Source of the DNA: Chrysomallon squamiferum | Lineage: Eukaryota; Animalia; Mollusca | Direction of reading: 5' to 3' | DNA length: 64,000 nucleotides | Assembly (NCBI GenBank): GCA_012295275.1 | Contig: CM022673.1 | Location: 16,120,001 to 16,184,000 of the forward strand | Shown: piece by piece, positions 40,791 to 54,570 of the stretch | How positions within the stretch are numbered: position 1 is the stretch's first letter | How the letters are laid out: each line of letters starts with the position of its first letter | The notes under the pieces: generated by a model | What the model was told of the DNA's origin: nothing | What the model saw: only the letters and a program-made list of their open reading frames with translations | Database searches by the model: none | Made by a program: the position numbers and the translations under genes

Positions 40791-42869
40791 TTATTACGAA
40801 TTAAATTAGACAATAAAATACAAGTTAATTTTTTCATCAGCAATTTTTATACACAGAAATGTAAATAACTATCTCTGGTCAGAAACCTACTGCATTAAAT
40901 GTTTTTTTTTTTTTTAAATATTATTATTATTATTATCATCGTAATTATGTGAACAGACTTTTACCTTTTTATTTTACCAAAGCCAGGAAAATGTATTTGG
41001 TACATCAACAAGAGAACACTTGCTGGATTGAGAAAAAAATACTGTCAAAAGAACTGAAGTAAATAAAAATACAAGTCATTCAAAGTCCAGTAACAATGAA
41101 ACTTATTCTAATATAAACTTATAAAATCTGAATTAACAAATATATAATATTAAAAAAACAACAAAAAAACCAATGATATGGATACTTCTGTGAGCTCATG
41201 TTTTCATGATAAAAATGAAGAGACAGGAAATTAGTGTTTGTGTTTCTAGTGCTAAGTAATTCATATTAGTTTAGTTTTTATAATGTAATTATCCTAAAAC
41301 AATAGGTAAGTTCCTATTACCAAACATCATCACATGTCAGATCCCAGAGTACATCATATATTCAATAATTAATTACTGATTGAATTGTCATTCATTTAAT
41401 AAACAATTAAATACACAATTAAACATACATGAAAGATATGTACAGGTTTCTTATTTAGATAATCATTTGTTGATAAAACACATCTAATATCCAGTTCCAC
41501 TATGAATTTAAAATGATTCTGTAATTCTATTCTATGCAAATATACTAAAGTAACATAAAATAATTATATGAAACAGTTCTGTGTGTGTGTATGTGTGTAT
41601 GTACATTATATATATATATAAACATAAATACAAACATATTAAGTAGGTAGTCAGATACATAGAGATATTAACAGATTTGTAAATGAATTAAAATTTTGAA
41701 AAATAGTAACTTCTAGAAACATATATCAAGAATTAACAGAAAATGGGTGATTTCACATACAGAAAAATTAACATGAAATAATGGCCTATGTCTGATTTCG
41801 TCCTCTGTAATAAAGACTTCAATTTGTTGAGTAATGTATTTTTCATTCTGCTTGGAGGTTGTGCAGTTTTCTATTATCAAGACTGGAAATGGTCATGTTG
41901 ACACCATTCTCTCTAAGTGTGAGTTGAAAATCAATATACTAGGGTAGAAAATAACCGAAAGATTGGATTTTTTAATTTTTCTTTTGTAATTCAGATTTTT
42001 GAAATCACTAATGCATACCAGATACTTTGTAAGTTATCAGGGTTGTGTTTTTTGAGTATAGAAAAAGAGGAAAAGGAGAAAAAGGAAAGAGAAAGAGACA
42101 GAAAGAAAAAGCAAAAGAGAGAGAGAGAAAGAGGGAAGTTAAGATGGAAGATAAAAGACGTTTTTGCACCAGAAGGAAAGAAAAAAGAAAGCAAAGCAAG
42201 GAAGTTTTAAATACAAAGCATTTTAGTGCACAATACCAAAATATACAGACAAAAATAATTTAAAAAAAATTAATTAAAACTTAAATAGAAGTCAGGAAAA
42301 TTAAACAATGATAAAAAAAATTGTATGTACACAGTTCCTTTGCATTAAAAAGTTGAAATATAAAGCTGGATTACAGCAATTATTAGAAAAATCACTTGAG
42401 ATTCAAACAATGAATCAAGCTTAAAATAACTGAATGAATGAATGAATAAATAACATATCATTACTCTTCTGTCAACATTTCACTTTCTGACTGCAAACAC
42501 TCTTTACAACAGACCTGCACAGACTAAGTTTAAATGTCACAAACATCATTTTCAATTACTTTGGACAGTAAGATCAAACTGTTTCCCAGTTAACACCAAG
42601 TAAATCAAAAGATGATAATTCTGCCTATCACATGTTGTGATATGTACATCACATATGTTCTGATATGTAGGTTATATACATTATAGCACTCGTATAGACC
42701 TAAGTACAGTTATCAGTGACAGAGGGGATGTGCAAAACAAGAGAACACAAGAGATAGATCATGGCACCAATACACTGACATCAAAATATTGACCACCTTT
42801 AACCTTTACTTAAGTCAGTCACCCACATACCTCTCAGTCTGCAAAATCTCAACATCAATCAATGTGCCA

Positions 42870-43335
42870 GTCAGGTTAAATCCTTGATAACTTAGCTAAA
42901 TAGGTGAAATCCTTAATAAGTAGATTAAATAGGTGAAATCCTTAATGACTAGGTTAAATAGGTGAAATCCTTAATAAGTAGATTAAATAAGTGAAATCCT
43001 TAATGACTAGGTTAAATAGGTGAAATCCTTAATAAGCAGGCTAAATTGGTAAAATCCTAAATCCTACACTGAAGTAGGTGAAATCCTTAATAAGCATGTC
43101 AAATGGGCCAATTCCTTAACACATATGGTAAATAGGTGAAATCCTTAATAAGTAGTCACTTGCACCATATTCTTAATAAGTAGGCTAAAAAGGTCACATC
43201 CTTAATAAGTATATCAGTTAGGTTAAATCTTTAATAATTAAAAAGTTCAAAATAGCAGTAGGCTAAATAAGTAAAACTATCAATATTTAGGCAAAACAGG
43301 TCAAAATATCAGAAAGTAGACAAAATAGGTAAAAA
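42870..43335. repeat. 29-bp minisatellite (taggtgaaatccttaataagtagattaaa)
   Basis: About five well-conserved copies at 42901-43047, then degenerate copies. Confidence 0.85.
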
Positions 43336-43564
43336 ATAGAAACATTATCCACACTGCACGAATAACAGCTGAATGTTTTATAAACAGACCACAGGCTAAA
43401 TCATCAGTTAATAAGCTAAACGATAATTAAGTGATACTTGTAAATAATAGGCAAAGTAACATGTGGATCAAAGACGATAAATCAAAACAAAAAGTGAGCT
43501 GAGTTATTAACAATCATACCAAATCATTAGTAACTATTCCACTGTTCATATCACCTCTAAAAGC

Positions 43565-44115
43565 TCCTATGGACCAATTTATCAGCAAAACAACCAAATG
43601 GGTCATTAAATAACATGATGGACAATTTATTAGTAACAGGCCTGTCAGTAACCAATTCATTACTAACAAAACTAATAAAATTATTAACAGACTTAATCAT
43701 GAATCAATCTGGACAATTCAGGAGTAAATATGTTAATTTGCCAAATTGATATATAAAGACCAGTACTGAGGCAATATGGACCAATTCATGAAAATGCTAA
43801 ACCAGCAAAATCATGAATATGATGATCAGTAATGAGACAATATGGAACAATTCATGAACAAATATATTAAATTGGGGGAAAAAATAAATCCAGTGGCCAG
43901 TATTAAGGCAGTATGGACCAATTTAGGAACAAGTATGTTATATCAGTTAATTAATAACCAAAATTATTAGGTCAAAATGTACCAATTCACGAATAAATAT
44001 GATAAATCATAAATCCAGTAGTTAATCAAAATGGTTAAGTTATTGAACAAATATATTAAATCAGCTAAATCATGAATGTGGCAGCCAATATTTAGTCAAA
44101 ATGGCCCAATTCAAA
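43565..44115. repeat. Degenerate ~60-bp tandem repeat
   Basis: Recurring caatatggaccaattcatgaa core (e.g. ~43570, 43775, 43840, 43912, 43977, 44100). Confidence 0.65.
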
Positions 44116-44555
44116 AATGACTAACCTAATCACCAGCAAGGAAGTGTAAAATAAAACAAACATCTTGTCTCATGTTAACATCTTTACACTGACCTAGTAA
44201 TTAAAATGATGTGCTTAGACAAGTGTTCATTCTTACAGTGGGAGAGCAGACAGCTCTGTATGATGACCAGCAAGCCAGTGTCTTCTGCATGTGCTGTGAT
44301 TTCCACACACAGAATAAATTGTCCTGCAAATACTTGCGAAGACCGAGGCAAATGAGAGATCCAATATTGCAAGAGGAACATCAATTGTTCACTAGCACTT
44401 GTGGATACAATGTGTTTGCTCCCAAAAGATATAAAATACTGGTAGCTAGGCAAGCCGAGCCCAACAAAATCAATGATCAGTTGCTGATCACTTTTTGCTG
44501 GTCAATGCTGTGATGCTTACATCACCAGGGAAATGTTTGAAATAAAAATAAAAAA

Positions 44556-44589
<34 letters not shown>

Positions 44590-44905
44590 CCAACAATAAA
44601 TAAGATAAATAAATAAATAAATAAATACATAAATGAAAAAATTAAGAATTAAAATACAGTGACAATGCTATCAGCATAAAATAATTAAAAAAATATTTTA
44701 AATATTAATGGGGTTTTTTGGTGGGGTTTTTGTAAGGAAGCACATGAACTGATAGTCATTAATGTATTACACATAAACACACAAACATTCAAATCTGAAT
44801 TTACAAATAAATAACAATATAAAATGAAAGACAGAAAGAATGAAATATAAAAAGAAATATGAAACAAGAGAAACAAGACAGTACTAAAAAACATTTATAT
44901 TTTCA

Positions 44906-44948
<43 letters not shown>

Positions 44949-45925
44949 GGAATTCTTCCACTCTTCCTTTCTCTCTTTTCTCCTACCTTACATTCATCTT
45001 ATTTTCTCATAAATTATCCAGTTATTTTGTTGTTGTTTTTTCTCTGTTTTCACATTATATTTATTATGTGTATTTTGAAAACACAGTAAACAATACAGCA
45101 AACTGTCAGAACTGAGTTAACAGACACAAGTGCTAATAATGTGGAGTACATTACTACTTCACACAAAAATAATAATTACCTAACACTCTATCTCTTACAT
45201 TAACAGAATTCAGCAACAATAATAGACTTGTTAAAGTTAATAATATGTCTAGTGAAATCCTGTTTTCTCTAAGAGGTTAATTTTTTGTTATTTATTTTAT
45301 TTCATTTTATTATTATCTTTTTTTTTCTTTTTTTCTTTTTTGTGAGAGGTAGGAATGAGAGACTTTTTAAAAATAGTTTTACCAACAAATTACTAAATAT
45401 AAATAAATGATGAGTAGAATACTGGCTTTATCCTATGTTTTCAGCACTGGGTCAATGGGTTGAAAACCTGAAGCTGTATCTTTTCAGGTATTATTTCACA
45501 CTGAACACAAATGATAAGTCTAGAAAAAATGTGAACGTTTCTGACAATCTCAGATGTTTAAACCTCAGCTGTACTTTATGAAACAGCTTAAAAGATTTCT
45601 AATTAAATAAAAATATAATATATAAATGAAATATTGCACAAATAAAAGCTGGATTACAGAAAGAGACACAAATTAGTTTTTGTGTATAAATCTATTTTGT
45701 GTATTGCTTTTGTAATAAGTAGTAATAGTAATATGAATATTTATTGAGTTTTAATTTTCACACAGACATGAAAGGTATTCAATCTGATGAGAATGCATGT
45801 GTGTATGTGTGCATACAAACATCTGTAACAAACAAAAACTCACTATTTGTGTAACAAATGCTGTTTTTTTCTAGAGACTATTTTACAAACATGTCAGGAT
45901 TTCAAGATATTATCTCTAAACAGAT

Positions 45926-46001
<76 letters not shown>

Positions 46002-46769
46002 ATAAATTACAAAATATGCTCTAGTGTTAGTAAATAAAACAAACTTCTCTAACTTAAACACAAAATAAAACAAGACAAATATTGGTTTCAGAAGTAGAAT
46101 GAATGACACTGTTGAAGTAAACAATAAAAGCAGACATACTGTGAATTACTGTATGAAAACACTCATATTAAACAGTGAACATAAACCATTCATACTACTA
46201 TTTTTTTTTTTTTTTTAAAATATCTCTGGTACTATATACTGAATAAGTACAGGTCACATATTTTGCCTATTACAACACCAGTCAAACAGAATGTACTGCT
46301 AAGAGTGCATTCACACATTCAAATTTTGCGCCATTTTCTCCACACAACAGGCTGGAAATAATAAATCATCATCAATTTTGACCCTTTTATTTTAAAAAAA
46401 CTTTGTCTGTACACACCTGTATTAGTTTCATTACTTACACCTTACCATTTACACTGCTATTGACACAATAAAACTTTTATATATTTTACCTCTGTCACTG
46501 TTCTTACTATATCATTCCCATTATCCTGTATTACTTTCCTCAAGATATATCTGTAGATATTTTCCTTGCTGTATCATTTTCACAAATACCATTATCATTT
46601 ATATTACACCAACATTAATCACCTTAATTCAAAATATCTGAATTAAACTGGTGTTACTCTGCTTAACCTATCACATTACACTGTTACAAGTAACTCATGT
46701 TACTCACTTTATTACAAGTCATCACATCATTATTACCTTAAATAGAATACAGCTGCTACTATACTTAAC

Positions 46770-47222
46770 ACTATGTATCACTTGTACTGACATTATGAGA
46801 TTATTTGTATTATACTGTTTATTATGAGATATCACTTATATTATACTGTTTAGTATATCACTTGTATTATACTGTTTACAAGATATCACTTATATTATAC
46901 TGTTTAGTATATCACTTGTATTATACTGTTTATTATGAGATAACACTTGTATTATCACTATTATGATTTATGAGATATTACTTGTATTATGCTGATCGTT
47001 ATAAGATATCACATATTATACTGTTATTATATGACTTGCATTACTCTTTATGAGATATGACTTGTATTCCTTATTATATCACTTGTATCATACTTTTTAT
47101 TATCAGATATCACTTGTAATATACTGTTTTTTAATCTCGCTTATATTATACTGTTTATTATGAGATATCAAGTATTATGATGTTTATTATTAGATATCAC
47201 TTGTATTATGCTGTATTAAGAT
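46770..47222. repeat. ~25-31-bp minisatellite (gatatcacttgtattatactgtttattatga)
   Basis: More than 12 visible tatcacttgtattatactgttt units. Confidence 0.85.
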
Positions 47223-47279
47223 AGTACTTGTTTTTCTCTCCTTTCATCACTGTTGTTGCTTGATCTTAGTTTAACTCAC

Positions 47280-47432
47280 CTTACAACTTGTACTGCAAGC
47301 CCCGGAACAACTACAACAATCAGTGTTTTCATGTCTAAGTAAACCCATATGCCAGTGGTATACAACACCATGTCTGTCACGACTACCACAACCACCACTG
47401 CAACCACTGCTCCACATGCTGAGAATATCCAT
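47280..47432 (-). CDS. Candidate alternative first coding exon of BCL9 (51 aa, Cys/His-rich)
   Basis: ATG with an upstream in-frame stop, then open frame MDILSMWSSGCSGGCGSRDRHGVVYHWHMGLLRHENTDCCSCSGACSTSCK ending at a strong AAG|gtgagt donor. The donor is phase 0, matching the phase-0 acceptor at 33898. Confidence 0.55.
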
Positions 47433-50400
47433 GATAATTCTATTTTACACTAAGTTGATAATGTCTGATACAAGACCCGTGCTGCAAGCTCCACATTTAA
47501 AGATTTTAAAATAAATAAACAAAATTTTTATACATCACTTATTACACCTTTTATCATTAAACAAAACAGCTGGAATTTTATTTTATTTTTTCCAGCACTT
47601 GCACTGGAGCAATGTGCCAAGTTGCAGCAAACAAAAGCCAATGATAAATCAGTCGGGCTGACAGATTGGGAAAAATCTCTATAGCCCACATTATGCTGAT
47701 ATCAATAAACAGCCTGATAGGCCTTAACTGCACAGGATGGCTATTTTTAGACTCTCTCTTCCTTGGAAAAATCTCAGTGGTGTGGATGGTGCGTCTGTCA
47801 TTGCAAGATGAAAGAGAGAGGAGTTGGTTTTTACAAGCTGACACAATGTACTCTACTTGGTCGTGGTTTATGAAAGAACATTTCAATGGGTCTTCGTTTC
47901 ATTTTATTCAAGCACACAACCAAAAACCTGTTTAGTTTACCAATATACCCCTCCTGTGACAAATCTTTTCAGTTAACACAAAAGAATAATTGGAGTGATA
48001 TGACAGTGACAAAAAAACACCAGGTTAAAATGCCATCAGACTTATAGGTAAGCCGATATGCTGCTTTCAGCCGAATCATGGTCATGTATATATATACATG
48101 TTTTTTTTTTTGTTCACTATAAATAAGTTTACCTTATAAAAAAAAAGGTTTTCAAATGCTCTAACGCACAATGGTTAGGAAAACAGTGCAAAGCTCAAGC
48201 GTGACTAGATATTCTGAGTATATGTGTGTTATTATTGTGATTTATTTTTGCCAGTAGAAATTTTATACCCTCGAAAAAAACCATTTAATGTTGTTTATGC
48301 ATGTTCATATATATGATTTATGAACTTTATATGTTTGTGACACTATTTATATTCATAGGATAAAGAGTTTGGTTATATTAACATGTATTTAGTTATGTGT
48401 AGGGACATTGAAAAGTAGTACTTGAAAATATTACAGTAAAAAAAATATATCTCTGAAGTAGATAAATGAAAATATGAAAAGATAAATATGAATTAAAGTT
48501 TAAACAAAAAAAAAAAAAAAAAAAAGGAACAAAATGAAAACCAATAGATTTTAGTTTTTAGTGGAAAATGTTTAATTTGTGTTGATATTCTGTTTCTTGA
48601 GCAAAGAAATATTTATTAAATTCAAATTAAAAATTCAAATTTCGATTTCATCTGTTTGTGAGGACAAACATTCACACACTCATACTAGTCACAGTCATAG
48701 TAGTAGTAGTCACACTTAAAGTATTAGTAGTAGCAGTTATAGCCATAAGCAACAGTAGTAATAGTAGTTATTGTCACAGTAGTGTAGCAATCACAATCAT
48801 TAATAGTACATAGTAGTAAAGTCATAGCAGTAGCAGCAGTCATATTCAAACTAGTAGTAAGTCATAATGGTAGTAGTAATATTTACAGCAGTAGTAGCAA
48901 TATTAATAATATTAATAGTTGTTACAGCAGCAGCATTAACAGTACATTTTTTTGATATTTAAAAAAAATATATATTATTTTCTGTTGTCTGCTGGGTTTA
49001 CCTAGTAACTAACAGGACAAATAAAAACACACCAGTTCAACTAAAAATAATCATAAGACATTCTATCTGACACTTACCTGACATCGATGACACAAGTATC
49101 AATTCAATCAAAAGTCACCCAACCTTATGAACCAATTGAAAAAATCTTGTTGTTAAAGTGTTATCAAATGACATATCAGCCCATACATGACTTTACTTCT
49201 GAACGCAGCATGTTTTATTTTATTATTTTTTTAAAAATACATAATGATTAACTGCCGCATTAGTTGTTGTTATTTTTTTCTCTGACCCTCAACAATAATG
49301 AATAGGTTTACTTAAAGAAACATGCATTGCGCAGTACATCAATAAATATTTGAAGATAAGGTTGTTAATGGATTTTTATTTCCAAGTGGAGCAGTTGCAC
49401 AATGTAACATGTGCTGTTACCTTCCAAAAAGATATCTTAGAATTTCATAGAAAACCTGTTGTATGGGGAACAATATTCAGCTGAGTACATAAGCACTGAC
49501 CTGAACTAAGAAACACTTAAATTATCTTTCCTCACAAAATATAGTTATCTCCCTTCCCAAGCAGATATTCTGGGACTGCAGGGTGTAAAACCAAAAACAC
49601 ATGGTGTGTCTTACCTTGCACTTGAGTAACATGCATATACCACTGTTAATATATTATGCAGGAACAACTGATAAACATAAAACTGATTTTTGTTTTAATG
49701 TTTTTTGTTTATTTTTAATTGGGAATAACACACATTTCTTAACAAATGACATTCTGTCATCAGAAAAAAAACTGCCAACAAAACCATTTCTTTTGTTTTT
49801 ATACAACAGCTGCAGACAAGAAAGGGCATTTTAATTTTTTCATTTAAATAAAAAAAAATGATTTTACACACTGTAGCACTTATTGGAATGAGGGATTGCC
49901 CAAACTGAATTGCACACAAACACTGCATGACAAGCATCACTGATATGTAACCATGGAAAACTTTGCAACAATTTATATACAAATGTACAAATCTGTATTC
50001 TTGTTGCACACTGATGCAAAAACACATATGTTCAAAAAAAAAAAATAATAATAATAATAAAAATACTGCATGAGAAATTAATACTTTCTAATTATAAAGT
50101 AGATGTGCATGTTTTTTGTCTACACAAGAGCATGCACGTACATGACTCTAAAACAAGCTGCTACCTTTTCTCCTCAGACTGAGTCATTAAAACTGAGTAA
50201 CAGTTGACAGCTTGTGAAATCTGCATTACCCCATCAAAACAACAACTGAGACCATACATTTAAATAAATTTAAATAAAAAACTAAAAAAAAACTAAATCA
50301 AGTTTTAATTTAGTAGAACATGATTTCCTAAATAATGAAAATTTCATACTTTTAAGCTAAAATAATACTAAAACACTTTTTTTTTAAAGATAATATAAAA

Positions 50401-53262
50401 TAAAATAAAATAAAATAAATTTTCAAACTGTTGCCAGGTCTTTTTTATAACCAATCACATATTCTTGATAAACTGTTTAAGCTTTTTGCTGTTGTTATTA
50501 TTTTTATTATCATTGTTATTGTTATTATATATTTTTAAAATTGCCATCAGTTTATGCTTTTACCAAAATAATTATTTAAAAAACCCCAAGCAAAAACACA
50601 ATAAAACAATAAATAAATAAAAGAAATGAAAGAAAAGAAAAAAAATGAGTGGAAAAAGATAATAAAACACTAGAAAACCTTATAAGCAAAAAAACAAAAA
50701 CAAAACTAAAACAAAACAACAACAATAATAATGAATACAACCAACTTAATCTGAAACACTACTTTTTTTTTTTTAAAGAAAAACAAAATGTACCTCATTT
50801 AAAATGCTCTGTCAAAATTAGTATTATTTAATGTTTGTTTGCTGCCTATTTTATTTCTTCCACCTGGTATAAATATTAAATACATCACTGACATCAGTAA
50901 CGACAGATCTATAAGGTATTGTTAAATTAATACGTCTTTGCCATTGTTGTCAATGAGAGCTGGATAGTAAATTGATGAAGCACAGACACCCAAACACATG
51001 CAAATGAGTTTTTTGTTTGTTGTATGTTGTTTTTTTGTTTGGGTTTGTTTTTTAAATTTTACATAAATAATTCTTTAAAAACCCCACAAAAAAAAACAAA
51101 AATATAAAATAGAAACTATTACGATCAATTTTAAGAGATTGGTTCCATTATTTTCTGTAACATCTGTCTTGTTCTCATCTCTTTCTTTTTCCTCAAAAAT
51201 TTAAACAAAAGGAACAAAAAAAACCTGTCCCACTCAAATTTTTATTATTTTTATTTTTTTTATTTTTTAAATAAATAAATGATACCAACAAAATAAATTT
51301 AGTTTGATTAAAATTTTTGCCATTTAGGTTAAATTTAACTTGTATTTTTAATGAACTGTTAAATATTTCTGAAAAATAAAAAATACCAATTAAAAATAAA
51401 AGTTAAAAATATCAATTAATTCTTTATGAATTCTCATTTAATATAAAAAGGTATGTCTATAGTTTAAACATACATTTAACATACATTTAACATGATCCAA
51501 CAAGTTGTGATAACAATATTTTACTTTTTACTGGTTCTTTTATGTTTAGATCTACATTAACCAGCTTTGTGGAAAATAGTAAACATTTATACTGGATATT
51601 TAGTGGATTTAAAAAGTCTGATAGTTTTGAAATCTAAAACACTGGATTTGGAAGAAATAAAAAAGAAATTGTACGCAAGAGTTAAAAATACAGTAACTTT
51701 TTATTTTTTCAACAAAAGTATTTCAAGATTACCATCAAAAAGGAATCTTTTTTCTTTTAAATTTTAAAAATTTCTTTACATTCTATAAACCAACTAAAAA
51801 GAAGAAAAATGATTAATTTAAGAAGTAAATGAAAAGGAAAAATCAAAAATGAAATTGTGATTTTTGCAGACATCTGAATATCTAAAATGTTATTATTACA
51901 ATTTGCACAGCAAGAATCTTCACTTAAATTCTCGTATCTCTAAAAACCAGTACTGAAACAATGCTGACATATGGTGATAACAAGCAGCTGAACACAAATT
52001 CTACAAGGAAACCTGTTGCGTCTTTTGTTGTCAACTTACTGAGTTAAGGCCATAAAAGATTTTCAGTTTCTCAAGTTTTTCATAAAACCACTGTACAATC
52101 CCAGACAATGGAAATTTAAGCAGAGTAAGGAGAGGAGTGATTTTTATGGATTTTACACCAGACAAGCTATCATTGTTAAACAAAAAATATAAAAATATAA
52201 AAACTTCACCATAGTTCAACAAGCAAGTTACATAAAAAAATAAATAGAATGGTAGTCACAGACAGAGAGATAGTCAGAGATATATATAAACAAATTATTA
52301 TTTTTATTTTAAATCAATTGATAAAATGAAACAATAGAAACAAAATAAAAATCACAAATAACAAGTACAAAAAATTACTATAACTACTATTTCATGATCA
52401 CATAGAAACAGTTAATAATTTATATGCAAATTATTTTTTAAATTAACAAAAAAAAAGAGAAGAAAATAAAACTATAAATTAAATTAAATTTCATAAAACA
52501 GAACAAAATAAATGTATCTATCACACAAATACAGTTTTATCACACAAATACAGTTTCATGTTTAATTAAATATTGATTAAAAAAGCCAAATGAATTTAAA
52601 ATAAAATAAAATTTAAAAAACTAAATAAAAACAAATCAAAAGTAAATTAAAAACAAAAACCCATAAACATAACTAAACTAAAAATTTATACATTTCATTA
52701 AATAAAAAAACATAAATGAAAGTAAAATATATTTTTTTAAATTTTAATAATTAAAACTAAATGGATGTAAAATACATGAGTAAAACATATATATATATGT
52801 ATGTATGCACCCACACCCACACGCACCCCCCCACACAAACACAATTTATATGTAAACAGCCTGTAGAACTAGAAGCAATTACATGTTTTAAAATGTATCT
52901 GAATGAAAAATTCAAATTAAATAAAATGATGTGTATTGGGGAGAAAATATATGTTATGTTGTTATGTATAATTCATATGTAACAGATGTCCTTTAAATTT
53001 ATCAGTACTTGTCAACATTTTATCTTGATATTTAACTCACTAACACTCATGTCTTTTAACAGTTTAAATCTTGTATCAGGTAACATTGTCAATATTCTAC
53101 CCATCTTTATACCTAATAGACAGTGAAATCTTTAATAAAAAAAAAAGTAAATACAATTAAATGCAAAAAAAATGAACACACATATGCACTCACACTAACA
53201 CACAGACACAAACAAACATAAACAGACACACTGAGATAAATTTTAAATCATTGTATGTATAT

Positions 53263-54570
53263 GGGGAAATTGGGGACTGATGAGCCTTGGAGGCCTTTGA
53301 GCCACCCTATAAACTACTGACTGCAAAATGGTAGTGACATCCATCCACCATCAATGCAACTACTCTACATGTGACCTTCACCCATATTGTTTAGAGAGCT
53401 TTGGAGCGAGCAGTCCATCAACACATCAGTTAAAAAGTAGGTTTTTGCCTACTGTGAGTCATTTTTTTGTGTTTTGGTTATAATTTAATATTGAGGTGAT
53501 AATACATATTTCATAGATTCTGTAAAGGTTTGTGTTTTTGTCAGTAATTTCTTTTGACTTCAAAATACAGTTTTAGTCGATCAGCCATGTGATTCAGGGC
53601 TAACATAATGAAAGTGGTGTTGGGGACCAATGAGCCATTTTCTGTGGGGACCAGTAAGCCTCTTTGGGGTCCCATGGGCTGGTGGCTCATTGGATCCCAC
53701 TGCATTTCAAAGCAATATAGAACTATAAAATCAATGTTATTTGATAGATTGTTAATTACTGGTATCACTTTTCTTCAGGATAGACAAGAGCGTTGCATCT
53801 GGTATAAAAAGAATGCCTTGAAAGAAAGAACAGAAGAGAGACAGAGATCTCTTCTCAGAAAGCTAATGAAGAGCACTGTTCACTACATCTGTGTAATCAC
53901 ACAACCAAAAGATGACGATGGGGACTATGAAGTCCAATTTCTCAGAAATTCTCCCAGGCACACTATGTCATGTGCATTTATCGAGGCTGACCAGGAAGAA
54001 ATAAGCTCAGCTGAGGCAGATTTGATTTTGGGAGTCCTTGCTAAACCTGTTGTGCAAACTATCAAAAGGCAGAAGGAAATCAATTCAATGTATGATTGGT
54101 ATGATGTGTGTGTATGTGGGTTCAATCTTGAATAAGATTCAGCATCAGTTTAGGACTCTGGAAATCACAGAGATTGAGTCAATAGCACAATATGTCCTAT
54201 ACTGAGGTCAATGTGCTGAAAATATAATTCACTTCTTTGTTTATTACAATATGTGCATAACAGATAAAATTTATCAGAGGAAATAAAAAAAAAAAAAAAA
54301 AAAATTTATATGTGTTTTGTTTCTAGCTAGTTTCACTGTTTGAGATCATGGCCCATGGGACCTGAGTGGGTAGCTCATTGGTTTCTTATCCATGTTACAT
54401 AAGTGTTTCCCATAATGATGTTGTTGAAGACAACCTATCAAACTCTGAATTGTAATCGAGAGCAATAATGCCTCTATAAGCATCAACAGTTCTTCTGTCA
54501 ACAGCTATAAAGGTTTTGATGAAATGGCCAAATATCTTTTAAAAAAGGCTCATCAGTCCCCAGTTTCCCC
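53263..54570 (+). mobile_element. Internally deleted DNA transposon, probably pogo/Tigger-like (Tc1-mariner superfamily)
   Basis: 26-bp terminal inverted repeats: ggggaaattggggactgatgagcctt (53263-53288) vs 54545-54570, 25/26 identical, with TA dinucleotides adjacent. Internal ORF remnant (HYICVITQPKDDDGDYEVQFLR...EEISSAEADLILGVLAKP) resembles, from memory, the C-terminal tail of pogo-like transposases. No DDE domain seen. Confidence 0.8.

Noticed and set aside
44184-44520. GC-richer intronic patch with a 100-aa ORF
   Set aside because: No recognisable domain and no convincing flanking splice sites; might be a conserved non-coding element or TE relic, but unsupported.
42870-47222. Regularly spaced repeats superficially like CRISPR arrays
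   Set aside because: Eukaryotic intron context, no unique spacers, degenerate head-to-tail units and no cas genes.
49072-49140. Perfect minus-strand donor CAG|gtaagt
   Set aside because: In-frame stop eight codons upstream and no ATG; cannot be distinguished from a chance match.
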